Shown: piece by piece, positions 19,495-29,783 of the stretch
Layout of the letters: each line of letters opens with the position of its first letter
Position numbering within the stretch: position 1 is the first letter of the stretch
NCBI GenBank assembly: GCA_031367385.1
Contig: JANLPS010000324.1
Location: 1-36,049, forward strand
DNA: 36,049 nucleotides
DNA from: Archangium sp.
GTDB lineage: Bacteria > Myxococcota > Myxococcia > Myxococcales > Myxococcaceae
Reading direction: 5' to 3'
The notes under the pieces: model-generated
What the model was told of the DNA's origin: nothing
Databases searched by the model: none
Seen by the model: the letters and a program-made list of their open reading frames with translations, nothing else
Program-made: the position numbers and the translations under genes

Positions 19495-20466
19495 ATGTCT
19501 TCTTCGATGATTCGAATCGAGCGTCTTGCCAAGCGGTACGGCACGACCGAAGCACTCAAGGAGCTGTCTTTCGAGGTACCGCGCGGTCAGGTCGTCGGCT
19601 TTCTCGGCCCCAACGGCGCCGGCAAGTCGACCACCATGCGCATCTTGGCGGGCTACGTCACGCCCACCAGCGGCAAGGCCTTCGTCGGAGACCTCGACGT
19701 CACCGCCGACCCCGTCGCCGCCCGCCGCTTGATTGGGTATCTGCCCGAGAACAACCCGCTCTACGAAGAGATGATGGTCGTTGATTTTCTGCGCTTCATC
19801 GCCGACGCGCGCGGAGTGCCTCGCAGCCTCCGCTCCGCCCGAATCAAGAGCGCGGTCGAGCGCTGCGGGCTGGGCTCGGTCATCGGCAAAGACATCTCCC
19901 AGCTCTCGAAGGGGTACCGCCAGCGCGTGGGTCTGGCCCAGGCCATCTTGCACGGGCCGGAGCTGTTGATTCTCGACGAGCCCACCAGCGGCCTCGACCC
20001 GAACCAAATCGTCGAAATTCGAAACCTGATTCGTGACCTGGGCCAAGAGAACACGGTCATCTTGAGCACCCACATCTTGTCTGAAGTGCAGAGCACCTGT
20101 TCCCGAGCGCTGATCATCAACGATGGCCGGTTGGTGGCCGACGACGCGCCCGACCGACTCGCGCTTGGCGCGGAGGGCGGCATGGTCACGGTGGTGCTCG
20201 CCAGCCGCCATGGCTCGGCGCTCGACCCGGTCGCCACTCGCCGCGCGCTCGAAGCGGTGGGCGGCGTGGTGTCGGTGCAGAGCGCCGATTCAGAGGGCGA
20301 CGCCTCGCTCGGCTTCTTGCTGCGCTACACCGCCGAAGACCCCAGACGTTCGCTCTTCGAAGCGGCGGTCAAAAATGAGTGGGTGCTGCTCGAGATGCAC
20401 CGCGCGCACGCCAGCCTCGAAGACGCGTTTCGCAAGCTCACCGGCACTCCTCAAAAGGCGGCCTGA
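19495..20466 (+). CDS. ABC transporter ATPase, GldA-like
   Basis: GPNGAGKST, LSKGYRQRVGLAQA, ILDEPTSGLDPNQ, LSTH. Confidence 0.95.
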   Translation: MSSSMIRIERLAKRYGTTEALKELSFEVPRGQVVGFLGPNGAGKSTTMRILAGYVTPTSGKAFVGDLDVTADPVAARRLIGYLPENNPLYEEMMVVDFLRFIADARGVPRSLRSARIKSAVERCGLGSVIGKDISQLSKGYRQRVGLAQAILHGPELLILDEPTSGLDPNQIVEIRNLIRDLGQENTVILSTHILSEVQSTCSRALIINDGRLVADDAPDRLALGAEGGMVTVVLASRHGSALDPVATRRALEAVGGVVSVQSADSEGDASLGFLLRYTAEDPRRSLFEAAVKNEWVLLEMHRAHASLEDAFRKLTGTPQKAA

Positions 20467-20468
20467 TT

Positions 20469-21188
20469 ATGAACAACACGCTCTCGGTCGCGAAACGCGA
20501 GTTCACGACCTTTTTCGCCTCTCCCATCGCCTACATCGTGCTCGGCGCCTTCTTGCTGGTCTCGGGGTGGCTCTTCTTCGCGACCTTGATACCCAACGGC
20601 CAGGCGACGATGCGCGGCTTCTTCGGCCTGGCGCCGGTCTTCTTCATGTTTCTGGTGCCGGCGATCACCATGCGCTCGCTGGCAGAAGAGCGAAAGACCG
20701 GCACCCTCGAGCTGCTGCTGACGATGCCGCTCGAAGACTGGCAGATTGTCTTGGGTAAATTTCTGGCGGCGCTCGGCATGCTCGGGGTCGGGTTGCTGTT
20801 CACCCTGCCCTTCGCGTTCACGGTGGCCTCGCTCACCGCTCCGGGCGTGGGCTTCGATTGGGGCGCGGTCTTGGCGGGGTACCTGGGCCTGCTCTTCTTG
20901 GCGGCGAGCTTCGTGGCGATGGGGCTGTGGTCGAGCGCGCTGTCGAAGAACCAGATCATCGGGTTCATCGTGGGCTTCGTGATCTGTTTCGCGTTCTGGG
21001 TGGTCGATAAGTTCGCGATCATCTTCCCCGAGTCGATTGCACGGGTGCTCGAGTACGCCTCGGTCGACTACCACTTCGAAAACATCGCGCGCGGAGTGCT
21101 CGATTCGCGTGACTTTCTCTTCTACGGCTCTTTGACGCTGGCGGGGTTGCTGTTCACCACCCGCACCTTGGGCGCCACTCGCCAGTAA
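20469..21188 (+). CDS. ABC-2 type permease, GldF-like
   Basis: FASPIAY, PAITMRSLAEERKTGTLELLLTMP, HFENIARGVLDSRD. Confidence 0.92.
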   Translation: MNNTLSVAKREFTTFFASPIAYIVLGAFLLVSGWLFFATLIPNGQATMRGFFGLAPVFFMFLVPAITMRSLAEERKTGTLELLLTMPLEDWQIVLGKFLAALGMLGVGLLFTLPFAFTVASLTAPGVGFDWGAVLAGYLGLLFLAASFVAMGLWSSALSKNQIIGFIVGFVICFAFWVVDKFAIIFPESIARVLEYASVDYHFENIARGVLDSRDFLFYGSLTLAGLLFTTRTLGATRQ

Positions 21189-21206
21189 CCCTTCGGACAC
21201 CGAAAA

Positions 21207-22814
21207 ATGAACTCCCCGAAATGGATGCAGCAGTCGGTCTTCGTGGTCGCGGTCATCGGCAGCCTGGTGTTGCTCAACGTGTTGTCGGCCCGGCGCTTCG
21301 TTCGCGTCGACGTCACCCGTGATCAGGCGTACGCGCTCTCGAAAGCCACCCACGACACCCTCGAGGCGCTCGACGAGACGGTGACGGTGACGGCGTACTT
21401 CACCGAGAACCTGCCCGCGCCGTACTCGGCCAACGCGAGCTACGTGCGAGATCTGCTCGAAGAGTTTCGCTCGGCCTCGCACGGCAAGGTCTCGTACGAG
21501 TTCATCGACCCGGCCAGCCAGGAGACCGAGAAAGACAAAGAGACCAAGAAGGAGATGAAGCAAGACATCTTCGGTCGCCAGTTTCGAGAGCCCACGGCGG
21601 TCGAGAAAGAGCTCGCCTCGAACGGCATTCAACCGGTCGAGATTCGGGTGATCAAAGAAGATCAGCAGCAGACCAAGCGGGCCTACATGGCGCTGGTCAT
21701 TCGCTACGGCGAGAAAAAAGAGGTCGTGCCGGTGGTGCAAGGCGTCGGCTCGCTCGAGTACGACCTCACCTCGCTGATTCGCAAGATGACCCGCGCCAAG
21801 ACGCCGGTCATCGCAGTGCTGCAGGGCCACGACGAGCCGAAGCTGCAAGAAAAACTGCAACGTTTCTCGACGCTGCTCTCGCAGACCTACGAGGTGCGGC
21901 CGGTCGAGCTCGGGCAGAAAGAGGCCTTCGAGCCCGACGTCGACGCGCTCTTCGTGATGGGGCCCAAGCGGCCGCTCGCGCCGAACGAGCTCAAGGCGAT
22001 TGATCAATTCGTCATGGCCGGCAAGCCGGTGGCGTTCATGCTCGATGCCGTGTCGGTCGACTTGAAGACCTTCGAATCGACCCCGGCGCAGAGCGGGCTG
22101 AACGCGATGCTGTCGAGCTACGGCGTGACCGTGGGTGACAAGCTCATCGCCGACGTCTCGTCGGCCCAGGTCAACGTGCAAGAGCGCCGAGGCTACATGG
22201 TGGTCAGCTCACCCGCGCCGTACCCCTTCATCCCCATCGTGAAGCGGCTCGAGGGTGACAGCCCAATCAGCAAGGGCCTCGCTGACGTCACCTTTCCTTT
22301 CGTGACCGAGATCAAGGCCGCGTCAGGTGACGGGCATGACGTGGTGGTGCTGGCTCGCTCATCAGAGAAGAGCTGGCCCGAGAATTCGCCCGCCAACGTC
22401 GACCCGCGCCGCGAATGGCGCAACGAGACCATCACCCCTTCAGGCCCGTACCCATTGATGATTCAGCTCGCGGGCAAGCTGAAGAGCGCGAGCTCGCCCG
22501 GCACCGAAAGCAAGAGCGAGGCGAAGCTGATCGTGATCGGCACCTCGGCGCTGTTCACCGATGATTTCTTGAACAACCGGGCCAACGCGACGCTGCTGCT
22601 GAACACCGCCGACTGGCTGGTGCTCGACCCGGCGCTGCTGGCGATGCGCAACCGAGGCATGGCGGTGGCGAGCCTCAAGAGCGATCTGTCTGACGAGGTG
22701 CGCGGGCTGGTGAAGTTCGGCAACCCGCTCGGGCTGCCCTTGCTGCTCGCCGCGTTCGGCTTGATTCGCTGGCGCATGCGCGAGGGCCGACGGTTGAGGG
22801 AGACCGCGTCATGA
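21207..22814 (+). CDS. GldG-family ABC auxiliary membrane protein
   Basis: RVDVTRDQAYALS, YEFIDP, LEYDLTSLI, GHDE; N- and C-terminal TM helices. Confidence 0.9.
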   Translation: MNSPKWMQQSVFVVAVIGSLVLLNVLSARRFVRVDVTRDQAYALSKATHDTLEALDETVTVTAYFTENLPAPYSANASYVRDLLEEFRSASHGKVSYEFIDPASQETEKDKETKKEMKQDIFGRQFREPTAVEKELASNGIQPVEIRVIKEDQQQTKRAYMALVIRYGEKKEVVPVVQGVGSLEYDLTSLIRKMTRAKTPVIAVLQGHDEPKLQEKLQRFSTLLSQTYEVRPVELGQKEAFEPDVDALFVMGPKRPLAPNELKAIDQFVMAGKPVAFMLDAVSVDLKTFESTPAQSGLNAMLSSYGVTVGDKLIADVSSAQVNVQERRGYMVVSSPAPYPFIPIVKRLEGDSPISKGLADVTFPFVTEIKAASGDGHDVVVLARSSEKSWPENSPANVDPRREWRNETITPSGPYPLMIQLAGKLKSASSPGTESKSEAKLIVIGTSALFTDDFLNNRANATLLLNTADWLVLDPALLAMRNRGMAVASLKSDLSDEVRGLVKFGNPLGLPLLLAAFGLIRWRMREGRRLRETAS

Positions 22815-24247
22815 AGCGCTCCACGATGCTCGCCGTCGGAGCGTTCATGGTTCTGCTCGCGGCGGTCTTGCTCACCCGCGAAACACACGTGAACGTCGGA
22901 GTGCCCAAAGTCACCTTGCCGGTCATCGACCCGGGCACGGTGAGCACCCTCGAGATCTCAGGGCCGAATCAGGCGGTGCTGACCTCGGAGAATGGCGCCT
23001 GGGCGGTCGCGGCTCCGGCGGCACCGACGAGAAAGTTCGCGGCTGACGAAGCGCAGGTGAAGAACGCGCTGACCCAGCTCGCCGAGCTGCGAGCGGGTGA
23101 TTTCGTGACCGAGAACACGGCCAAGCACGCCGAGCTCGAGGTCGACGAGGCGAAGGGCCTTCATGTGAAGGTCGCAACTGCCGGGTCGGGCCCGGTGCTC
23201 GACCTGATCATCGGCAAGGCAGCGAAGACCGGCGGCGCGTATTTTCGATTGGCGAGCTCGAATTCGGTGTTCACCACCTCGAGCAACCTCGCGTACGCGC
23301 TGCGCAAAACGGTCGCAGGGTGGAGGAAGAAGGCCATCACGACGGCTCCGCTCGCTGACGTGAAGAGCATCGCGCTGGCCCCGGCCGAGGGCGATGGCTT
23401 CACGCTCGTGCAGGCCGAGGGGGCGTGGGCCCTCGAGGGTGGCGCTCCGAAAGGGTTTCGCTTCGACCCCGCGTCGGCTGGGCGGGTGGCACAGACCATC
23501 ACCTCGCTGTCGGCTCAAGACTTTGCCGATGATGACACCGGCTTCGGCGAGCAGCGAGGCTCGGCGATGATCACCTTGAAAGACGGCAAGAGCGTCACGC
23601 TGCGTTTCGGCACCAAGCGGCCCGACAGCAACGTGCCGCTGAAGATCGACGGAGACCCGCAGGTGTACGTCATCTCAGGGTACGTCGTTGATCACCTGTC
23701 GATGCATCTCGATCAGCTGCGAGACCTCTCGTTGCTCACCTTCGCGCCAGAGAAGATCACCCGCCTGACCCTGACCGACGCGGCTGGCAAAAAGACGGTC
23801 GTGGCCAAAGACGGCACCAGCTGGAAGCTCGTCGAGCCGAAGGTCGCTCCGCCGCAGTTCGACTCGCAGCAAGTCACCGCGGTGCTGACGCGCTTGCAGG
23901 GGCTGCATGCAGCGCGGGTCGAGACGGCGAAGAGCGCCGCGCAGACCGGGCTCGCGAAGGCCGCTGCCACCGTCGAGCTCATCGGCGACGGAGCCCCCAA
24001 GACGCTTCGCTTCGGCAACGAGGTCACTGACGGTGCTGTCGGAAAACAGGTCTATGTGAAGGGCTCGGCCGACGAGCTGATGTACGTAATGTCAGCGAGT
24101 GAGAAGTCGAGTTACCAGTCGGGCGTCACGCTCTTCAAAGCGCCCCCACCCCCGCCCCCGTCGTCGAACATGCAGGGGCTCGACTCGTTACCGCCCGATA
24201 TTCGGGCCAAAATCGAGGCGCAGCTGAGGCAGCAGCAACCGCACTGA
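22811..24247 (+). CDS. DUF4340-domain protein
   Basis: ATGA overlap with the gldG-like gene; N-terminal anchor and three repeated ..W....P....D units. Confidence 0.75.
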   Translation: MKRSTMLAVGAFMVLLAAVLLTRETHVNVGVPKVTLPVIDPGTVSTLEISGPNQAVLTSENGAWAVAAPAAPTRKFAADEAQVKNALTQLAELRAGDFVTENTAKHAELEVDEAKGLHVKVATAGSGPVLDLIIGKAAKTGGAYFRLASSNSVFTTSSNLAYALRKTVAGWRKKAITTAPLADVKSIALAPAEGDGFTLVQAEGAWALEGGAPKGFRFDPASAGRVAQTITSLSAQDFADDDTGFGEQRGSAMITLKDGKSVTLRFGTKRPDSNVPLKIDGDPQVYVISGYVVDHLSMHLDQLRDLSLLTFAPEKITRLTLTDAAGKKTVVAKDGTSWKLVEPKVAPPQFDSQQVTAVLTRLQGLHAARVETAKSAAQTGLAKAAATVELIGDGAPKTLRFGNEVTDGAVGKQVYVKGSADELMYVMSASEKSSYQSGVTLFKAPPPPPPSSNMQGLDSLPPDIRAKIEAQLRQQQPH

Positions 24248-24313
24248 TCACCGTGTCGCACAAGGTGCGACCTGCAGTTGAGTCAGGTGGTGAACCGGCC
24301 GATAGTGCCGCCC

Positions 24314-25450
24314 ATGCGAACCCCTCTTTTGATCGCAACGCTCGTGTTGGCCAGCTGTCAGGCGTACGACTTTCAGAGGGTCGAGCCGCTGTTCTACCGG
24401 CGCATCACGAACCCGGTGCGTGTGAAGGGGGTTCGCCCCGACGTGCTGGTGTTGATCGACCGCTCGGGCTCGATGGGCTTCCCCTTGAACCCCCTCGATA
24501 CCACGGCGTGCCCGGCGAACTGCGGTGGAGGCGGGAACACCGCCTGCCCGGCGAGCTGCCCGACGCGCATCTCTGAGCTGCGCTTGGCAATGCCGGTGTT
24601 CTTCAATGCGGCGAAAGACGATGCCCGGTTCGGTCTCGCCTTGTTTCCTCGGGGGAGCGGCGCGCCGAACCAATGCGTCGGCACCGATTCGTCTTTGGTG
24701 CCCGAGCCCTTGCCTGCAGAAGGGCCGGAGACCCCTGACAACCTCGCGCTCTGGGCCGCCCAGACAGACCGGATCAGCACGTACATCAGCGCGACGATGC
24801 CCGAAAAACTGGTCGTGGGCGGTGGCACCCCGACCGCCGTCTCGTTGGACTTCGTCGGTACCACCCAGGGTCTGGCCGAGGAGGGCGCGCTCAAACGCAA
24901 GCGCATCGTGTTGTTGCTGACCGACGGTCTGCCCAACTGCCGCCAGGGTCAGGGGGCTGACCCGAACGCGACCGATACGAGGGCAATCGACAGCGTCGCG
25001 AACCTGTTGACGAAAGGCATCAGCACGATGGTAATCGGCTTTGGCTCCGACGTGACCGGCGCCACCGTGCTCAGCGACATGGCCAGAGCCGGCGGTTTCC
25101 CCAGAACGTGCACGGCCGCGACCGCGAGCACTGACTGCGGCAGCAGTGATTTCTGCGGCAACGATGGCATCTGCGGTCGCGCTGCGTACTCGGCGTCGAA
25201 CTCAACCGAGCTCAAGGCAGTGCTCGAGAAGCTGCGCGAGAAGCTCGGTCAAAAAGACCCGTGCATCGTCGACCTCGGCAGCCTGCCCTACGAGAACATC
25301 GTCGTTTCACTCGACGACAAAGAGCTGACCGCGGGGCCCAACTCGTGGAACGTCGCGGGCCGCACGCTCACCTTCGTGGGCACGAGCTGCCAGCAGATCA
25401 AAAACTCGAGCGACTCGGCTCCAGTGAAGATCGACATCGGCGTGTATTAA
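24314..25450 (+). CDS. vWA-domain Cys-rich lipoprotein, CglB-like (adventurous gliding adhesin homolog or paralog)
   Basis: Lipobox LAS-CQAYDF..VEP, MIDAS motif DRSGSM, CPTR, GGTPT, LLTDGLPNC, VIGFG. Confidence 0.8.
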   Translation: MRTPLLIATLVLASCQAYDFQRVEPLFYRRITNPVRVKGVRPDVLVLIDRSGSMGFPLNPLDTTACPANCGGGGNTACPASCPTRISELRLAMPVFFNAAKDDARFGLALFPRGSGAPNQCVGTDSSLVPEPLPAEGPETPDNLALWAAQTDRISTYISATMPEKLVVGGGTPTAVSLDFVGTTQGLAEEGALKRKRIVLLLTDGLPNCRQGQGADPNATDTRAIDSVANLLTKGISTMVIGFGSDVTGATVLSDMARAGGFPRTCTAATASTDCGSSDFCGNDGICGRAAYSASNSTELKAVLEKLREKLGQKDPCIVDLGSLPYENIVVSLDDKELTAGPNSWNVAGRTLTFVGTSCQQIKNSSDSAPVKIDIGVY

Positions 25451-26379
25451 GGGGCTTCGCTGCTGATCAGCCGCTCGAGCTCGGCGTCGTGCACCACGGT
25501 CGGGGTGCGATTCACCTTCTCGAGCGAGAATTCGCAGATCAGCTCGGCGGCTGAACGGGGCGAGCCGTCTCCCAGGCCGCTCCACTTGGCGAGCAGGCCG
25601 ATGATGGCTTGGGCGGTGACCCCGCGTTCTCTGAGCCCCGCGACCGTCGTGGCGCCCTCTCGCTTCGCCAACCGCCGCCCATCAGGCTGCATCAGCAATG
25701 GCACGTGCGCGTAGCGTGGAGCGACCTGCCCAAGCGCACGAAAGAGCTGCAATTGCCTGGGCGTCGAAGAGAGCAAGTCATCGGCGCGCAAAACCTCGGT
25801 GATGCCCGCGGCCGCGTCGTCGACGACCACGGCCAGCTGATAGCTCGCCACGCCATCGACCCGCCGCACCACGAAGTCACCCACCGCGTGCGCCACGTCT
25901 TGCGAATAGGGGCCGTGCAGCGCATCGGTGAATGACGCCTCGCCGGGCTGCGCGCGAAACCGAACGCTGAAGGGTTTGTTGCCGAGCTCACTCACGTCAC
26001 GGTGAGCACAGGTACCCGGGTACACCGGCCCTTCTTCACCGGCATGCGGCGCCGACGCGGCCCTCGCGATCTCCGCTCGCGAGCACACGCACCGGTACAC
26101 CTGATTCGCCGCGCGCAGCTGCTCGAGCGCTGCTTCGTAGACCGCGCTCCGTTCCGACTGCCGCCAGACCGGGCCGTCCCACGTCAGGCCCAGGTATTCG
26201 AGGTCTCTGTAGATCTCATCGGTGAAGTGCGGCTTCGAGCGCTCGGGGTCGAGGTCTTCGATGCGCAGCCAGAATTCGCCTCCCGCGGCGCGCGCCTGCA
26301 GCCACCCCAGCAGCGCACTGCGCACGTTGCCCAGGTGCAGAAGACCCGTCGGGCTCGGTGCGAATCGCCCACGAATCAT
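25447..26379 (-). CDS. gluQ: Glutamyl-queuosine tRNA(Asp) synthetase
   Basis: GRFAPSPTGLLHLGN, RIEDLD, YRCVCSR, YPGTC, LAKR; 310 aa with no anticodon domain. Confidence 0.92.
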   Translation of the reverse strand: MIRGRFAPSPTGLLHLGNVRSALLGWLQARAAGGEFWLRIEDLDPERSKPHFTDEIYRDLEYLGLTWDGPVWRQSERSAVYEAALEQLRAANQVYRCVCSRAEIARAASAPHAGEEGPVYPGTCAHRDVSELGNKPFSVRFRAQPGEASFTDALHGPYSQDVAHAVGDFVVRRVDGVASYQLAVVVDDAAAGITEVLRADDLLSSTPRQLQLFRALGQVAPRYAHVPLLMQPDGRRLAKREGATTVAGLRERGVTAQAIIGLLAKWSGLGDGSPRSAAELICEFSLEKVNRTPTVVHDAELERLISSEAP

Positions 26380-27620
26380 TTCTTCTTCAGCGGTACGCGT
26401 CGCTGCTCGAGCGGCTTTCGGGGTTCTTCTTTGCCCGGCGCGTCGTTCTCGAGCGCCTCGGCGGCGAGGTCGCGGCCCGGAGTCTGCCCATACCGAACCT
26501 CGGTCTGTTTGCTGGTGAGCAACACCCCAACCGCGACCGCCGAGGGCACCTTCACCGGCTCTCCGGCCTGCGCGCCCTTCTTGGCCAGGTCGCCTGCGAC
26601 GTTGAAGAACTCCATGCCAGCCGAGAGCAGCTCGGTGTCGAAGCTCGCCCGAGGCAATCGCCGCACCTCACCCGACGCGGCGGTGAAGGCGAAGGCATCG
26701 AGCGCCAAGCCCTTGCCTTCGTGCGAGATGGCCCCGAACACGACCACGTCGGCTCCGGCCGTCTTGGCGACTTCTTTCACCGCGCCAACCACCTCGGCGT
26801 CGAGCTTGTTCTGCGCCAGCGCCGACAACAGCCGCGAGTCGGCGTCTTTGTTCTGTGAGGTCGCCTTGAGCGCGGTGGCCTTGCCGGCGACGGCGTCGAC
26901 AACGCCTCCCACCAGCTCTCCATTCGGCAACTGCGCGCGCCAGAAATGCTGACCTGGAGGCACGTCTCGAACGAGCAACGGCGTCGTGCCCAGCGTCACG
27001 CCATCGACGGTCACCGAGGCGTTGGAGGGCGACGACTCGACGTTCAGGCTGCCCTTGGGCCCGTCTCGCAGTGACTTGCGAGCGTCGCTGACGACCTTCG
27101 CGAACAATGGAGACGTCGCAGCGAGCGGCAACTCGCGGTCAGGCGCCAGCGACAGGGCCGCGTTGAGGCTCTTCGCGCCTTCTTCATCGCGCCCGGTGTT
27201 GAACTGCACCGCCGACAACAACGCAGTGGCATCGACGAGGTCACCCACTTCAGAGACCTGCGACGCCGCGCCGCGCCAGGTGCTCAAAGCCTTCTGCAGC
27301 GTTTCGTCGGCCAGCCGAAATTTCTTCTTCGAGCGAAACTCTTGAGCTTCGCCCATCAGCTTCTTCGCCGCGGCCATTGCATCGGCCCCTGCGGCTTCGG
27401 CGCTCGACGCTCTGAGCTCGAGCAGCTCGAACTTTTCGCTGTTCTTGAGCTCGGTCGACAACATGCCGGCGGCCTTGGCGCCCAAGCGCGGGGCGACTTC
27501 ACCGCTCAGCGTCGCGAACGGCATCAGCACCAATTTCGACTTGGCCTCGGCCTCTTGCGCGCGTGCAGAGCGCGGCACGAGAGCAGCCAGAGCGACGAGC
27601 GCGACGAACAAACGAAGCAT
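26376..27620 (-). CDS. Secreted PEGA-domain protein
   Basis: Signal peptide, TPR-like helices, GSLNVESSPSNASVTVDGVTLGTTPL..VPPGQH; ATGA overlap with gluQ. Confidence 0.8.
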   Translation of the reverse strand: MLRLFVALVALAALVPRSARAQEAEAKSKLVLMPFATLSGEVAPRLGAKAAGMLSTELKNSEKFELLELRASSAEAAGADAMAAAKKLMGEAQEFRSKKKFRLADETLQKALSTWRGAASQVSEVGDLVDATALLSAVQFNTGRDEEGAKSLNAALSLAPDRELPLAATSPLFAKVVSDARKSLRDGPKGSLNVESSPSNASVTVDGVTLGTTPLLVRDVPPGQHFWRAQLPNGELVGGVVDAVAGKATALKATSQNKDADSRLLSALAQNKLDAEVVGAVKEVAKTAGADVVVFGAISHEGKGLALDAFAFTAASGEVRRLPRASFDTELLSAGMEFFNVAGDLAKKGAQAGEPVKVPSAVAVGVLLTSKQTEVRYGQTPGRDLAAEALENDAPGKEEPRKPLEQRRVPLKKK

Positions 27621-27646
27621 GGGGCGGGTCCTACACCGAAACGGGC

Positions 27647-28555
27647 TCAGGTGTGCTGAACCGTGACCCGATTTCGGCCGGCGGTCTTCGCCTCGTAGAG
27701 CGCACGATCGGCCGCCTCGAGCAGCTCGGTGTCGGCGATGGCGAGCCCGGCTTCGAGCCCGCAGATGCCCACCGAAACGGTGACGACGACCTTCCGCTCA
27801 CCGTGCATCAAGTCGAGCCGCTCGACGCGGTCTCGAATGCGCTCGAGCTTCTTCTGCGCTTCGAGCTCGGGGCACTGGCGCAAGATCAACGCGAACTCCT
27901 CGCCGCCGATTCGCCCGAAGGTGTCTTCACTTCGAATCAGCGTCGACACCGTGCGCGCGAAGTGGCGCAGCACGAGGTCACCGGTGGCGTGGCCGTAGCG
28001 GTCGTTGATCTGCTTGAAATGATCGAGGTCGAGCGCGGCCACCGAGAGGTGCTGCCGGTGCCGAATCGCCGACGAGACGTCTTTGCGCAGCTGATCCAAA
28101 AAAGAGCCGCGGTTGTAGGCGCCTGTGAGCGAGTCGCGCGTCGCGTTGTCGACCAGCGTTCGGTGGGCCGCCTCGTCGAGCTGATCTTGGTAGACGAACC
28201 GCAAGATGTAGCTGGCGCCGATTTGAATCAGGTCAGATTCTTTGAGCGTGGCCTGGGTGATGCGGTTGCCGTTGACCCAGGTGCCGTTGCGCGAGCCCAG
28301 GTCGGCGACATCGATGTTCGGGCCGTCGTGAAAAATGCGCGCGTGCTTTCGCGAGACGCCCTCTTCGTCGAGCCAGATGTCGGCCTCCCCAGCGCGGCCG
28401 ATCAACAGCTCGTCGGTCACCCGCCAGGCGCGACCCAACGCCAACGCAGGGCCACCAACCGTCAACAACACCGGCACTCTGTGGCCACCGGGAGCAGGGA
28501 GCTTGGGCACTGCCAACCCTGCTGTAATTTCGTCGTCGCTCACGAGAGGAGGCAC
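27647..28555 (-). CDS. FHA-GGDEF diguanylate cyclase
   Basis: FHA motifs IGR, VSRKHA, DLGSRNGTWVNG; cyclase motifs DLDHFKQIND, RSED I-site and GGEEF. Confidence 0.93.
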   Translation of the reverse strand: MPPLVSDDEITAGLAVPKLPAPGGHRVPVLLTVGGPALALGRAWRVTDELLIGRAGEADIWLDEEGVSRKHARIFHDGPNIDVADLGSRNGTWVNGNRITQATLKESDLIQIGASYILRFVYQDQLDEAAHRTLVDNATRDSLTGAYNRGSFLDQLRKDVSSAIRHRQHLSVAALDLDHFKQINDRYGHATGDLVLRHFARTVSTLIRSEDTFGRIGGEEFALILRQCPELEAQKKLERIRDRVERLDLMHGERKVVVTVSVGICGLEAGLAIADTELLEAADRALYEAKTAGRNRVTVQHT

Positions 28556-28614
28556 GTTACCGCATGCTTACCGCGATCACACACTGGTGTAAGCAGTTGA
28601 ACGACATTTGAGAT

Positions 28615-29763
28615 TCAAATGCGCCCGACGGTGGCGCGATAGAGCTCACCTTCACCGCTGAGCGTGACCGGCCCCTCTGCCGCGGCGATGAAGGCCGAGT
28701 CTCCCTGTGCCAGGGCTGCCATGTGTGCGCCGGTGGTGACCGTCACTCGACCTCTTGTCACCAGCAGCACGTCAGCGCCGCGACGGGCGAGGGTCAGCGG
28801 TTGATCAGCGGCGAGGGTGATGTGTGACAGCTCGAAGTCTGTGGCCGGCGTGACGTACACCGCTTCGGGCGAGTTCGCGGGAGGCCGAATCACCGTGACC
28901 GGTCCATCGGTGAAATCGAGCACCTTGAGCAGCTCGGCGACGTCGACCTGCTTGGGGGTCAGCCCTCCGCGCAACACGTTGTCGGAGCTGGCCATGATCT
29001 CAATGCCGGTGCCTTCGAGGTACGCGTGCAGGTTGCCCGCAGGCAGATACAAGGCCTCGCCAGGCGCGAGCGTGATGAGGTTGAGCAGCAGGGCGCCGAT
29101 CACCCCTACGTCGCCGGGGTATTGCTGCGCCAGCTTCAGCGCGACTCGCCGCTCGCGTTCATGGGAGGCCGTCTCGGCCTGGCAGGCCGTGGCCACCTGC
29201 TCGGCCAATGCGCGTTGCTGCTCGGGGGCGGCGGTCATCACCTCTTCGAAATAGGCCCTCACCCCGCTTCGCTCGAGCGTGGGGGCCGGCACTGCGAGCG
29301 CGCGAAACAATGCAATCGAGTCACGCACCGCTCGAAACCCGCACAGCGCCTGAAACGGCGTCAGCGCGCAGATCAGCTCGGGCTTGTGGTTGTCGTCTTT
29401 GTAATTTCGCGTCGGCGCATCGGGCGAATCGGTGCGCTGGCTCTCGGCTCGCCACCCGGCCATCGCCTGGGCCCGGCTCGGGTGCGCCTGGAGCGAGAGC
29501 GGCTTCGCGGCGGCGAGCACCTTGAGCAAGAACGGCAGACGGGGCCCGAATACCTCGACGCTGCGCTCACCCAACATCGCGCGCGGGTCTTCGCTGATCA
29601 GCACATCCAGACCTTGGCCGTCGGCCTTCGACGGGTCGGAGCGGTGCGCGCCCATCCACAGCTCGGCCTGGGGCTCGCCCGTCGGGGGCACTCCCAACAA
29701 CCGGGGGATGGAGAGCGGGTCACCCCACGCGTACGTCTTGATCGGGTTGTGAAGGCGCCGCAT
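28615..29763 (-). CDS. manA: Mannose-6-phosphate isomerase, class I
   Basis: YAWG, AELWMGAH, PLSLQAHP, YKDDNHKPEL, HAYL, SDNVLRGGLT. Confidence 0.96.
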   Translation of the reverse strand: MRRLHNPIKTYAWGDPLSIPRLLGVPPTGEPQAELWMGAHRSDPSKADGQGLDVLISEDPRAMLGERSVEVFGPRLPFLLKVLAAAKPLSLQAHPSRAQAMAGWRAESQRTDSPDAPTRNYKDDNHKPELICALTPFQALCGFRAVRDSIALFRALAVPAPTLERSGVRAYFEEVMTAAPEQQRALAEQVATACQAETASHERERRVALKLAQQYPGDVGVIGALLLNLITLAPGEALYLPAGNLHAYLEGTGIEIMASSDNVLRGGLTPKQVDVAELLKVLDFTDGPVTVIRPPANSPEAVYVTPATDFELSHITLAADQPLTLARRGADVLLVTRGRVTVTTGAHMAALAQGDSAFIAAAEGPVTLSGEGELYRATVGRI

Positions 29764-29783
29764 CGCAGGCCCTTATACCAGGC

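Noticed and set aside
16961..19716. 56-bp repeat pair as a diversity-generating retroelement TR/VR
   Set aside because: Mismatches are not adenine-specific on one strand, the repeat is short, and no reverse transcriptase is present.
20451..22181. Long antisense or alternative-frame ORFs (for example 576 aa here, 3610-4920, 29026-30288)
   Set aside because: Shadow ORFs typical of high-GC DNA, lying opposite well-supported genes.
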